64,000 bases of DNA from an uncultured Candidatus Rokubacteria bacterium (GTDB lineage Bacteria > Methylomirabilota > Methylomirabilia > Rokubacteriales > CSP1-6), in assembly GCA_963747235.1 (NCBI GenBank), contig CAVVEU010000002.1, forward strand, positions 1 through 64,000, read 5' to 3'. Of this stretch, positions 9,910 through 20,102 are shown in pieces (position 1 is the first letter of the stretch; every line of letters starts with the position of its first letter). A program made the position numbers and the translations under genes. The notes under the pieces were generated by a model. The model was not told the origin of the DNA, searched no databases, and was given only the letters and a program-made list of their open reading frames with translations.

Positions 9910-10971
9910 CTAGTGGTGGCAGGTCACGCACTCGAGGGGGGCGTTCCGGCGGGCGCTCTCGCTGCCCGGGGCCGGGAACACCGACGGGATCGGCGCGTCC
10001 GCGGCGGTCTGCACCGCCTGCACGCCCTTGGCATTGGCGGTGCGGTGGCACTCCACGCACCAGCCCATCGTCAGCTTGGGCGGCTGATTCGGGATCCCCG
10101 CGAGGTTCTTCAGATCGTTGAAGATGCTCTGCCCGGTCTCGGCGTGCACGCGCTCCATGGCCTCGATGCGGCCGTGGCACGTCTGGCACTGCACGCCCGC
10201 CTGCACGTGCGGCTTGTGCGTGAACTGGGCGTGCTCGGGCACCTTGAAGATGCGGAGCCACGGGATGGGCTCCTTGCGCTCCCAGTATTCGTGGATCTTC
10301 TTGACCTCGGGATTGCCCTCGGCGGCCACGATCTTGTGGCAGCCCATGCAGCGCTCCACCGACGGCAGGCCCGCCGCGCTGCTGCGCCGCGCGCCCGCGT
10401 GGCAGTACTGGCAGGCGATCTGGTACGACCCGGCGTGGATCACGTGGCTGAAGAAGATCGGCTGCACCGGCCCCTGCCGCGTGGTGGCGACCGGCAGCAC
10501 CTTCGCCGGATCGTAGGCGGGCTCCGCCAGCGTCCGGACGTACGCGATGACTTCCCGGATCTGCACGTCGGACAGGAACGGCGTGAAGTTCGGCATCAGC
10601 GGCGAGAGCCCGACCACCTGGCCTCCGTGCGAGATGATGCTGTGCAGGAAGTGGTCGGGCAGCGCGTTGAGGATGCGCCCTTCGGTCAGGTTCTGGGGCT
10701 TGATGGGCAGGTTCTGGCCCGCGACTCCGTCGCCCTTGGCGTCGGTCCCGTGGCAGTTCGCGCAGTACATCGCGAACGTCTGCTTGCCCCGCTCGATGAT
10801 CCGGGGGTCGATGCCGCCGGCCTCATGCCCCTTGGCCGCCGCCTTCTGACCAGACCCCGCACCGGGCGCGGTGGCGGACTTCGCCGTCGAGATGGGGAAG
10901 GCGATCAGCATGCCGATCAGGACGGCCGCGATGGCCGCACTACCGACGACGGCGGAGCGTGGGATGCGCAT
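9910..10971 (-). CDS. Membrane-anchored six-heme cytochrome c (monoheme + pentaheme, ActA-like)
   Basis: Six CxxCH motifs (CANCH, CQYCH, CMGCH, CQTCH, CVECH, CVTCH); QPIFFSHVIHAG and LTMGWCVECH signatures; N-terminal TM. Confidence 0.85.
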   Translation of the reverse strand: MRIPRSAVVGSAAIAAVLIGMLIAFPISTAKSATAPGAGSGQKAAAKGHEAGGIDPRIIERGKQTFAMYCANCHGTDAKGDGVAGQNLPIKPQNLTEGRILNALPDHFLHSIISHGGQVVGLSPLMPNFTPFLSDVQIREVIAYVRTLAEPAYDPAKVLPVATTRQGPVQPIFFSHVIHAGSYQIACQYCHAGARRSSAAGLPSVERCMGCHKIVAAEGNPEVKKIHEYWERKEPIPWLRIFKVPEHAQFTHKPHVQAGVQCQTCHGRIEAMERVHAETGQSIFNDLKNLAGIPNQPPKLTMGWCVECHRTANAKGVQAVQTAADAPIPSVFPAPGSESARRNAPLECVTCHH

Positions 10972-11077
10972 GAGGTTCGGGCTGTCTCCCTGGAAAAACC
11001 CCACCGAATATACTCAAAACCCGGCCGGAATCCTAGTCAGAAAATTCACAATCTCCGGGCGAGCCCCCCTCCGCGGG

Positions 11078-11806
11078 TCACCCCCCCAGATACAGGCGCT
11101 TGACCTCGGGGTCTTCCAGCAGGGTCCGGCCCGGCCCTTCGAACCGGTTCCGGCCCAGCTCGAGCACGTAGGCCCGGTCGGCCACCGCCAGGGCCTTGGC
11201 CGCGTTCTGCTCCACCACCATCATGGTGTAGCCCGACTGCTTCATCTCGGTGAGCTTGTCGAAGATCAGCGAGACGAACTTCGGGGCCAGGCCCAGCGAA
11301 GGCTCGTCCAGCAGGATCAGCTTGGGCGTGGTCATGAGCGCCCGCCCGATGGCCACCATCTGCTGCTCGCCGCCCGACATGGTCCCCGCCTTCTGGGCCC
11401 GCCGCTCGGCCAGGATCGGGAAGAGCCGGTACACGCGCTCGAGCGCCTCCTGGATCCGGCGGCCGTCCCGCTCGATGTAGGCGCCCATCTCGAGATTCTC
11501 CAGCACCGTCATCTGCGGGAAGACGATGCGGCCCTGGGGGACGTAGGCCAGGCCGCGCGGCAGCACCTGGTCGGGCCGCAGGCCCGTGATGTCCTGGCCG
11601 TCGAAGAGGACCCGCCCACTGGTCGGGCGCAGGAAGCCCACGATGGTCTTGAAGGCGGTGGACTTGCCCGCGCCGTTGGGGCCGATGACGCTCACCATCT
11701 CGCCCGCGCGCACGTCGAGCGTGACGTCGTGGAGGATGGCCATCTTGCCGTAGCCGGCGGTGAGGCGCTCGGCGTGCAGGAGGATCGGGCTGGCCGCGGT
11801 GGTCAT
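11078..11806 (-). CDS. livF: Branched-chain amino acid-type ABC ATPase (LivF-like)
   Basis: GPNGAGKS, MSGGEQQM, LLDEPSLGLAP, terminal YLGG. Confidence 0.9.
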   Translation of the reverse strand: MTTAASPILLHAERLTAGYGKMAILHDVTLDVRAGEMVSVIGPNGAGKSTAFKTIVGFLRPTSGRVLFDGQDITGLRPDQVLPRGLAYVPQGRIVFPQMTVLENLEMGAYIERDGRRIQEALERVYRLFPILAERRAQKAGTMSGGEQQMVAIGRALMTTPKLILLDEPSLGLAPKFVSLIFDKLTEMKQSGYTMMVVEQNAAKALAVADRAYVLELGRNRFEGPGRTLLEDPEVKRLYLGG

Positions 11807-12462
11807 GCCCGGCGCCGCCCGACGTAGAGCACGTGGGGATAGGGCAGGACGTCCACCATCAGGTGCCGGTGCACCTCGAAGCCCACGTCTTCCAGGAGCG
11901 CCTGCAGCTCCTCCGCGGCCCAGTAGCGTACCGGTGTCCCCGGATCCATCACCTTGTCGAGCGCGTGGGTGAACCAGCGCTTGTAGGCCGGCTGGCGATC
12001 CACGTCCTTGACGAGCAGGCGGCCGCCCTCGGGCAGCGTCTTGGCCACCTGCTCGAGCAGGGGCCGCACCGCGTCCTCCGGAATGTGGTGGACGATGTCG
12101 AGCATGTAGGCGGCGTCGAAGCGCTCGCCGCCCCCCACACCACCTCGATACTCCATGACGTCGCCCACCTCGTACCGGACATTGCCGAGGCCGAGCCGCC
12201 GCGCGGCCGCGCGGGCCATCTCGATGCGGCGCGGATTGCGATCGAAGCCCTCGACGGTGAGCGCGGGATGCGCGGTCGCGTAGTAGAGCGAGAAGAGCCC
12301 GAAGCCGCAGCCCAGGTCCAGCACGCGCCCCCGCGCGGGCAGGTACTGGCCGATCTCGTCGAGGAACCGCTGGCGCAGGATCCAGAAGCGCCCCCAGCAG
12401 TACGCGCGCACGATCGGATCGTCGTAGGCGCGGATGACGCTACGGATCGCTTCGCTTCGCAT
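11803..12462 (-). CDS. Class I SAM-dependent methyltransferase
   Basis: VLDLGCGFG motif I; DIVHH; GGRLLVKD. Confidence 0.88.
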   Translation of the reverse strand: MRSEAIRSVIRAYDDPIVRAYCWGRFWILRQRFLDEIGQYLPARGRVLDLGCGFGLFSLYYATAHPALTVEGFDRNPRRIEMARAAARRLGLGNVRYEVGDVMEYRGGVGGGERFDAAYMLDIVHHIPEDAVRPLLEQVAKTLPEGGRLLVKDVDRQPAYKRWFTHALDKVMDPGTPVRYWAAEELQALLEDVGFEVHRHLMVDVLPYPHVLYVGRRRA

Positions 12463-13923
12463 GGATCCGGTATCCGGGGCCGGTGACGGCCAGGGGGAAC
12501 GCGCGCTCGAGCGCCTGCGCGAGCTCGGGGAACCCGGCCAGCCGGCCGTAGTCGAGCTCGGGCCAGGTCTCCTCGAGGACCACCACCGCGGCGGGTGGAT
12601 GGGCCGCGAGCCCGGCCATCAGCTCCGCGCGCAGGGCGCGGATGCGCGGGTCGTCCGGGTGGTGGAAGAAGTGGAAGTCGTAGATGAAGCGCGTGGGCTG
12701 CCGCAGCCCGAGACGCAGCAGGGCGTGGATGCCGCCCGAGGTGGTGTCGAGCACCTGCACCGTGTCGGCCCGGCTGCACCAGCCGAGGCCAGGTCGCGGG
12801 TCAGGGCGTCCACCCGCTGTGCCTTCTCCACGATCCACGCGGGCTCGCGCGCCTCGACGCCCTTGACGCCCAGCACGATCACGACCGCCGCCCAGGCCGC
12901 GAGCGCAACCGCGCGGCGCGCGGCGCCCGGACCGATCGGCCACGCGAACCGGCCGTCACCACGGCGCGCCACCGCCGCGGGCGCCAGCGCGCAGAGGAAG
13001 AGCGCGAACGGGTAGAGCTGATACTCCCAGCCCTTGCCCTGGAGCGCGAAGTGCGCGGCGCCGTAGAGCGCGCCCAGCGCGGCCAGGACGAGGCGCGGCG
13101 ACCAGGGCCGCGGGGCACCGCGCAGGCTCAGCAGGCCGAGCCCGGCGAGCAGGCCGAAGCTCGCGCGACCCCAGGCATGCCCGCGCACGGCCCCGAGCAC
13201 CGACACGCGGCCGACCTGGCCGTAGAGCGGCAGCACGTAGCCGGTCAGCACGGTCGCGAACGCCGCGAGGCCTCCGCGCCCGGCGAGCCAGCCGAAGATG
13301 AGCGCGGGTACCACCAGCCCGCCGCCCAGCACGAGCGCGCCGGCGCGCCAGGCCGCGCGCCCGGCTCGGCGAGCGCCCACCGCGGCCACCGCCGCGCACA
13401 GCAGCCAGAAGAGGCCCGCGTGCGGCTTCACGGTCATGCCCGCGCCGAGGGCGAGCCCACCCGCCAGGAGCGCGAGGCGTCCATCCGGCTGCTCGAGGCC
13501 CCGCGCCACGCCGTAGGCGCCCGCGAGCAGGAAGAGACAGAGCAGGAAATCGCGCTGCCCCGCGCGCCACGCGCCGCCGCTCAGGTGATAGAGCCCGAAG
13601 AGGACCGCGCCCGCGCCGGCGGCGCCCGCGTCGCTCACCGGCCGGCAATAGGCCCAGAGCAGCGCGCACGTGGCGGCGAGCCAGCCCAGGTCGAAGAGCC
13701 GCCACGCGAGGTCGCCGGAGCCGCCCACCTGGAGCACGGCCACGTGCAGGAGGTACACGCCGGGCAGGTTCATGTCGAAGGCGTCGCGATACGGCACCGC
13801 GCCCTGCGTGATGAGCCAGGCGATGTAGTGCATCAGCGGGGCGTCGTGGATCAGGGGCCAGGCGCGCGAGGCCCAGATCAGGTACGCGAGCAGCAGCGCG
13901 CTAGCGGCCGAAATAAGCTTCAA
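12440..13923 (-). CDS. Polytopic membrane protein, probable GT-C fold glycosyltransferase (frameshift near 12780)
   Basis: PYRDAFDMNLPG loop typical of GT-C proteins; many TM helices; C-terminal part continues in another frame. Confidence 0.65.
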
Positions 13924-14608
13924 TGACCCGCTCGTCGGCCTGGATGACGCCGGGCGCCCCCTCGGCCAGCTTCTCGCCGTGATCGAGCACGAACACCGTC
14001 TCGCAGAGACCCATGACCACCTTCATGTCGTGCTCGACCAGCAGCACCGTCTTGCCCTGGTCGCGCAGCCGCCTCACCGCGTCGAGCAGCTCGTTGAGCA
14101 GGGTGCGGTTGACGCCGGCGGCGGGCTCGTCGAGCAGGATCATGTCGGGATCGGTCATGAGCACGCGGATGAACTCCACGAGCTTCTGCTGGCCGTAGGA
14201 GAGATTGCCCGCGAACTCGCCGGCGAGCCGCTCGAGCTTCACGAGCGCGAGCAGCTCCCGGGCGCGGCGCTCCGCTTCCGCGTAGCCGGCGGTCGTCACC
14301 ACCAGCAGGTTCTCGAGCGCGGTCAGCTCGGGGAAGACCCGGATCACCTGGAAGGTGCGGCCCATGCCGAGATGGAAGATCTGGTGCGGCTTGAGGCCGT
14401 CGATGCGCCGGCCCTTGAAGTAGATCTCCCCCTCGTCGGCCTGGTCCACCCCGGTGATGCAGTTGAACAGGGTGGTCTTGCCCGAGCCGTTGGGGCCGAT
14501 GAGCCCGTAGATGCGGCCCGGCTCGAGCGCGAGCGAGACACCGCTGACCGCGGCGACGCCGCCGAAGCGCTTCACCACCGCGCGGATCTCGAGGATGGGC
14601 GACGGCAA
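13901..14608 (-). CDS. livG: ABC ATPase (LivG-like)
   Basis: GLIGPNGSGKTT, GRTFQ, LSYGQQKL, LLDEPAAG; probable TTG start. Confidence 0.88.
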   Translation of the reverse strand: MPSPILEIRAVVKRFGGVAAVSGVSLALEPGRIYGLIGPNGSGKTTLFNCITGVDQADEGEIYFKGRRIDGLKPHQIFHLGMGRTFQVIRVFPELTALENLLVVTTAGYAEAERRARELLALVKLERLAGEFAGNLSYGQQKLVEFIRVLMTDPDMILLDEPAAGVNRTLLNELLDAVRRLRDQGKTVLLVEHDMKVVMGLCETVFVLDHGEKLAEGAPGVIQADERVIEAYFGR

Positions 14609-14610
14609 AC

Positions 14611-15531
14611 TCAGATCGTCCGGGGCAGGTTGTACTTCTGCTGGAGCACGCCCAGGATCCCGCGGGGCATCAGGAGCACCACCCCCACGATGATCGCGCC
14701 GAAGAGGAGCTGGTGGAGATAGATGAAGCGCGCCCACACCACCTCCTGGAAGGCGAAGAGCACCGCGGCGCCGAGCACCGGCCCCCAGATCGTCCCCTTG
14801 CCGCCGAACAGCGCCATCACGATCATGGTGATCGTCATGATCAGGGGGAACACCGAGAGGGGCTCGATGTAGCCCTGATCGCGCGCGGAGAGCCCGCCCA
14901 CGATCCCGGGCGCCGCCGCGGAGAGCAGGAAGGCGTAGAGCTTGTAGCGCAGGGTGTCGATCCCCATCGCCTCCGCGGCCACCTCGTCCTCGCGAATGGT
15001 CATGAGCCGCAGCCCGAAGCGGGAGGTGACGATGACGTAGGCGACCGCGGTCACCGCGGCCGCCACGAGGCCCATCGCGTAGTAGATCTCCACGCTCGCG
15101 TGCAGCGTGGGCAGCGAGAGGCCGTTGCCGCCCCCGGTCAGGCCCTCGTAGTAGGAGACCACCACCCGCATGACCTCGTTGAGCCCGAGCGTGGCGATCG
15201 CGAAGTAGGGCCCCTTCAGCCGCAGGCACGGCCACCCGATGAGGAAGGCGAGCCCCGCCGCGACCACGCCGCCGCCCAGGCAGGCGAGCGGCCAGGTCCA
15301 GCCGAGCGTGACGATCAGGATGCTCGAGGCGTAGGCGCCGGTGCCGAAGAAGACCACGTGGCCGAAGGACACGTACCCGGTGAGCCCCGAGATCAGGTTC
15401 CAGGACTGGGCGAGCGCGATCCACATGAAGAGCTGGAGCATCACCCGGATGCCGTAGCCGGTGGCCTGCATCGGATAGAGAGCGAGCCCCACCGCGAGCA
15501 CCGCGAGGCCGACGGGGAACCAGCGCTTCAC
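14611..15531 (-). CDS. livM: ABC permease (LivM-like)
   Basis: GYVSFGH, GPYFAIATL, IREDEVAAEAMGI, GGKGTIWGP. Confidence 0.9.
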   Translation of the reverse strand: MKRWFPVGLAVLAVGLALYPMQATGYGIRVMLQLFMWIALAQSWNLISGLTGYVSFGHVVFFGTGAYASSILIVTLGWTWPLACLGGGVVAAGLAFLIGWPCLRLKGPYFAIATLGLNEVMRVVVSYYEGLTGGGNGLSLPTLHASVEIYYAMGLVAAAVTAVAYVIVTSRFGLRLMTIREDEVAAEAMGIDTLRYKLYAFLLSAAAPGIVGGLSARDQGYIEPLSVFPLIMTITMIVMALFGGKGTIWGPVLGAAVLFAFQEVVWARFIYLHQLLFGAIIVGVVLLMPRGILGVLQQKYNLPRTI

Positions 15532-16403
15532 ACGCGGCCCTTCAGCAGGCCGGTCGGCCGGATCAGGAGGACGATCACGAGCAGCACGTAGGCGACCGCC
15601 TCGTTGACCTGGGAGGTGAGGAAGAGCGACGCGAGCTGCTCCACGAGCCCCAGCAGCAGGCCGCCCAGCAGCGCGCCCGGGTAGTTGCCGGCGCCGCCCA
15701 GCACGATGACCAGGAACGACTTGAACGTGTAGACCTGGCCCATCTCGGGCTGGATCGCCACCATCACCGCGACCAGCGAGCCGCCCGCGGCGGCGAGCGC
15801 CGAGCCGAGCCCGAAGGTGATCAGGTGGATGCGCTGCACGTCGATCCCGCAGACCTGGGCGACCTCGCGGCTCTGGGACACCGCGCGGATCGCCTTGCCG
15901 AGCCGCGTGGACCGGAGGAACACGAAGGCGCCGAGGGTGATCGCGATGGCGAAGCCGCAGGTGGCGAGCCGCGGCTTGGACAGGGCGAAGGGCCCCACCA
16001 CGAAGGAGCCGGTCAGGTACTCCACCGCGCGCAGGTCGGAGGTGAAGGCGAGCTGGGCCAGGTTCACCAGCGCGATCGACACCCCGAACGTGAGCAGGAG
16101 CGACGACAGCTCGGGCGCGTCCACCACGCGGCGCACGAGGAAGCGCTGCAGCACGACGCCGACCAGGAACAGGAGCGGCATGGACACCAGCAGGGAGAGG
16201 TAGGGGTTGAAGCCGAGCCCCTGGAAGAGCCAGAACGTCGTGTAGGCCCCCATCATCAGGAGCGGGCCGTGGGCGACGTTGAGCACCCGCATCACCCCGA
16301 AGATCAGGCCCAGGCCGAGGGCCACCATCGCGTAGAGGGAGCCGGCGAGGAGGCCCGAGATGACCACCTGGCCGACCATGCTCGGCGTGATCAGGACGCC
16401 CAC
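15528..16403 (-). CDS. livH: ABC permease (LivH-like)
   Basis: GLIFGVMRVLNVAHG, LGKAIRAVSQ, VLGGAG, RPTGL. Confidence 0.9.
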   Translation of the reverse strand: MGVLITPSMVGQVVISGLLAGSLYAMVALGLGLIFGVMRVLNVAHGPLLMMGAYTTFWLFQGLGFNPYLSLLVSMPLLFLVGVVLQRFLVRRVVDAPELSSLLLTFGVSIALVNLAQLAFTSDLRAVEYLTGSFVVGPFALSKPRLATCGFAIAITLGAFVFLRSTRLGKAIRAVSQSREVAQVCGIDVQRIHLITFGLGSALAAAGGSLVAVMVAIQPEMGQVYTFKSFLVIVLGGAGNYPGALLGGLLLGLVEQLASLFLTSQVNEAVAYVLLVIVLLIRPTGLLKGRV

Positions 16404-16458
16404 AGGCCCCCCGGAGCGTGCCCGCGCCCGCCGGAGGACCGGCGGGCGCGGCGCGGGG

Positions 16459-17650
16459 CTATCGCTTGCTCCACTCCGGCGTCGGGTAGCGCGGCTTGCC
16501 GTTCGACAGATCGTCCGGCCACACCACGATGCGCTTGCCGTCCTGCCACTGGAGCATGACCATCTTGTGCGCGATCTGGAAGCCGTCGGGCTCGATCTTG
16601 TAGTCCCCGAACGCGGTCTTGATCTCCATCTTGAGGAGCTGGTCGCGGACCTTGTCGGCGTCGAGCGTGCCCGCCTTCTTCACCGCCTCCGCGTAGATCA
16701 GGCAGCCCGCGTAGCCGGCCGCGGTGTGGTACGACGGCTCCTGCCCCTTGAACTTGGCCTTGTAGGCGGCGAGGAACTCCTTCTGCCCGGGGTACGGCAG
16801 CGACTCATCCCACTGGGTGGAGCCATAGACGTAGTCCGCGTTCTGCTTGAGCAGGTCGTAGAACTCGGGCAGGTCCCCGCCCACCGTGAGCCCGAACATC
16901 TTCGGGTTGACGTTGAGCTCCTTCATCTGCCGGGTGATCGCCACCGCGTCGTCGAAGTAGGTGCCGGCCGCGATGACGTCGGGATTGGCCGCCTTGATCT
17001 TCACGAGCAGCGCCGAGAAGTCGGTATTCCCCTTCGGATAGGCCTCCTGCAGCACGACCTGCATGCCCCGCTTCTTGGCCGCCTCCGCGGCGCCGGCGGC
17101 CGACGCCTTGGGGAAGAGCGTGTCCTCGTTGATGATCGCGACGGTCTTGAGCCCGCGCTTGGCCGCCATGTCGATCAGCCCGTCCAGGTAGTTCTCGGCG
17201 GGGGTGATCACCATGAAGATGTACTTGCGGCCCTTCTTGAAGATCGAGGTGGTGGCCGCGAGCGGCGCGACCATGACCTTCTTGTACTTCTCGGTGACGT
17301 TGGCGACCGCCTCGCTCACCGCCGAGGAGTAGGGCCCCATGACCGCGTCCACCTTGTCCTCGGTGATCAGCTTCTCGTAGAGCCGCACCGCGGTGGCGGG
17401 AGTCGGACTGGTCGTCGTAGATCACGAGCTCGACCTTGCGGCCGAGGAGGCCGCCCTTGGCGTTCAGCTCGTCGATGCACACGTCGTAGCCCTGCTTCTG
17501 GTAGGTGCCGGGCTTGGCGTAGGTGCCGGTCACCGACATGGAGGCGCCGATCTTGATGGGGGTCTGCGCGGCCACGGGCTGCGGCAGCGAGGCGAACACG
17601 ACACCGGCGAGGGCCACCGGGGCCAGACGTTTCCAGGACGTCATCGTCAT
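16459..17650 (-). CDS. ABC substrate-binding protein (LivJ/K family; frameshift near 17395)
   Basis: Signal peptide, PIKIGASMS, NAKGGLLGRKVELVIYDD; continues in the second frame LITEDKVDAVMGPYSS; GGAGGA-like RBS. Confidence 0.85.
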
Positions 17651-17791
17651 GTGAATCCTCCTCGGGGCTGTCTCGGGCGGATGGGGCACGGCAAGAATAG
17701 CCTTTGTTTTAGCAAACATGCCATGGGGAGTCAAGGTTCCCGGGCCATGACCGCTTGACGCCGGACGGGCCTGCGTCAATCATGCCCTGTC

Positions 17792-18271
17792 ATGCCCCGA
17801 GACGTCCGTCCCGTCCATCACCCCGACAAGCGCCACGTGGAGATGCCCTATGCGCCGGCGCTCCTCGTGCGGCGCGGCAACCTGCTCTTTCTCTCCGGCC
17901 TCACCGCGGCCCCGGTCTACCACAGCCATCCGCATCGCGAGGAGGAGTTCGACCTGCCGCCCCACATGCGCGAGCAGGCCGTGCTCCTGATGGAGAACCT
18001 CAAGACCACGCTGGCCGCGGCCGGCTGCACGCTGGCCGACGTGGTCTCGGCCACGCGCTATCTCACCGACGTGGCCGAGCAGGACGATCTGAACGCGGTC
18101 TGGGGCTCGTACCTGGGCGTCCACCGCCCCACCACGACCACGGTGGAGGTCTCCCGCCTCGCCACCCACGCCAACTGCAAGATCGAGATCAGCGTCATTG
18201 CCGTGGCCAACGACACCGCCCGGCCGAGCAAACCGAAGCCCGCGCGCAGGAAACTCCGGCGCCGGAAATGA
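17792..18271 (+). CDS. RidA/YjgF family protein
   Basis: LFLSG, NLKTTLAAAG, RPTTTTVEVSRL, KIEISVIA. Confidence 0.85.
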   Translation: MPRDVRPVHHPDKRHVEMPYAPALLVRRGNLLFLSGLTAAPVYHSHPHREEEFDLPPHMREQAVLLMENLKTTLAAAGCTLADVVSATRYLTDVAEQDDLNAVWGSYLGVHRPTTTTVEVSRLATHANCKIEISVIAVANDTARPSKPKPARRKLRRRK

Positions 18272-19164
18272 CGACCACGCTCGGCTTCGTCGGCCTCGGC
18301 TCGATGGGCAGCCGCATGGCCCGGCGCCTGCTCGACGCCGGCTACACGCTCTGCGGCTACAACCGCACCACCGCGAAGGCGGCCGATCTCGTCCGCGCGG
18401 GCATGACGCTCGCCGTGTCACCCCGTGACGTCGCCGCGCGGGCGGACGTGGTCTTCACCATGGTCACCGACGACACCGCGCTGGATGCGGTCACGCGCGC
18501 GCCCGAGGGCCTGCTGGCCGGCTGGCGGCCGGACGCCATCCTCGTCGAGATGAGCACGGTGAGCCCGGCGGTGATCGAGCGGCTGGCCGCCGACGTTGCC
18601 GCGCGCGGCGGGGCGCTGCTCGACGCGCCGGTCTCCGGCAGCCCCGCGACGCTGGACGCGGGCCAGCTCTCGTTCATGGTCGGCGGCGATCGCGCCGTGC
18701 TGGAGCGCGCCCGCCCCTACCTCGAGGCCATCGGCCCCACCATCACCCACGTCGGACGCGTGGGGCTCGCCAAGAGCATGAAGATCGCGGTGAACCAGGG
18801 CCTCGCGGTCCAGATGCTCGCCTTCGCGGAGGCGGTGCTGCTGGCCGAGAAGGCCGGCATCGACCGCGCCCGCGCGGTGGAAGTGCTGCTCAAGAGCGTG
18901 ATCGCCTCCCCGATGGTGAAGTACCGCGGCCCCTTCGTCCTCGGCATGCCGCAAGAAGCCTGGTTCGACGTGGACATGATCCAGAAAGACCTCCGCCTCG
19001 CGCTGGACATGGCCCGCACCTCCGGCGTCACCCTCCCGACCGTCGCCCTCACCCACGAGCTCATGACCGCCGCCAAGGGCCTCGGCCTCGCCCACTACGA
19101 CTTCGCCGTCGTCTTCGACGTCATCGCCAGCATGAGCGCCCTCCCCCCCAGCCAAAAACTGTGA
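18268..19164 (+). CDS. 3-hydroxyisobutyrate dehydrogenase-family NAD(P) oxidoreductase
   Basis: GFVGLGSMG, EMSTVSP, DAPVSG, KDLRLAL; ATGA overlap with the RidA gene. Confidence 0.9.
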   Translation: MTTTLGFVGLGSMGSRMARRLLDAGYTLCGYNRTTAKAADLVRAGMTLAVSPRDVAARADVVFTMVTDDTALDAVTRAPEGLLAGWRPDAILVEMSTVSPAVIERLAADVAARGGALLDAPVSGSPATLDAGQLSFMVGGDRAVLERARPYLEAIGPTITHVGRVGLAKSMKIAVNQGLAVQMLAFAEAVLLAEKAGIDRARAVEVLLKSVIASPMVKYRGPFVLGMPQEAWFDVDMIQKDLRLALDMARTSGVTLPTVALTHELMTAAKGLGLAHYDFAVVFDVIASMSALPPSQKL

Positions 19165-19216
19165 AGTTAGGGCAAAGGCTTCGCTCAATGCCTTAGAGGG
19201 ACGACAAGACGTCATA

Positions 19217-19368
19217 GGCGCGGGCGGGGGTGGCGGGGGGCTCCCGGGGACCGTGTCTTCTGCGGGTTGTCGAAGCCACAACCGATCTATCTCGTGGCTC
19301 GATCGAGACGGCGCACGGGTTGCGGCTCAGCGTGTCCCCGGGAGCCCCCCGCCACCCCCGCCCGCGCC
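19217..19368. repeat. Perfect 35-bp inverted repeat enclosing an 82-nt structured core
   Basis: 19217-19251 is the exact reverse complement of 19334-19368. Confidence 0.9.
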
Positions 19369-19379
19369 GCGGGAAAGCC

Positions 19380-20102
19380 TTACGGCTCCTCGGACGCGTC
19401 GTAACGAAGGCGTCGCGACTGCATCCATCGCACGGCGAGGAGATCTTCGAAGGCCACGAACGCCCGGTTGCGAATGCCGTAGTGCGACACGCCGAACCGC
19501 CGCGCCCGGTGGCTGACCGGCAGCTCGAGCACGCGGCAGCCTCCCATCCGCAGCAGCGTCGGCACGAAGCGGTGGAAACCACGGAAGCGCGGCAGGCACC
19601 CGAGGCAGCCGCGCCGCATCACGCGCAGGGTGCAGGCGCTATCGTGCACGTCCTCCCGGGTGATCGCGTTCCGCACCGCGTTGGCCACGCGCGAGGACAC
19701 GCGCTTGAGCCAGGGATCGTCCCGCCGCTGGCGCCAGCCCGTCACCGCGTCGTAGCCGTCGAGGCGCGCGAGCAGGCGGGGAATGTCGCGCGGATCGTTC
19801 TGCAGGTCGCTGTCCATCGTGACCACGATGCGCCCGCGCGCCCGCGCGAAGCCGGCGTCGAGCGCCGCCGAGAGCCCGCCGTTGCCGGCCAGGCGGAGCA
19901 GGCGCACGCGGGCGTCGCGCTCGCGCAGCGCGCGCGCGATCGCGGGGGTCGCGTCGGTGCTGCCGTCGTCCACGATGATGACCTCGGCCGACCGGCCGAG
20001 CGCGTCGAGCACCGGACCGAGCTCGGCCCAGAGCTGGGGCAGGCTCTCCGCCTCGTTGAAAGCCGGCAACAGCACCGACAGCTCGGGCGCGGGCCCGATC
20101 AC
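19380..20102 (-). CDS. GT2 polyprenyl-phosphate glycosyltransferase (ArnC/DPM1-like)
   Basis: PAFNE, VDDGSTD, MDSDLQNDP, HRFVPTL. Confidence 0.9.
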   Translation of the reverse strand: MIGPAPELSVLLPAFNEAESLPQLWAELGPVLDALGRSAEVIIVDDGSTDATPAIARALRERDARVRLLRLAGNGGLSAALDAGFARARGRIVVTMDSDLQNDPRDIPRLLARLDGYDAVTGWRQRRDDPWLKRVSSRVANAVRNAITREDVHDSACTLRVMRRGCLGCLPRFRGFHRFVPTLLRMGGCRVLELPVSHRARRFGVSHYGIRNRAFVAFEDLLAVRWMQSRRLRYDASEEP

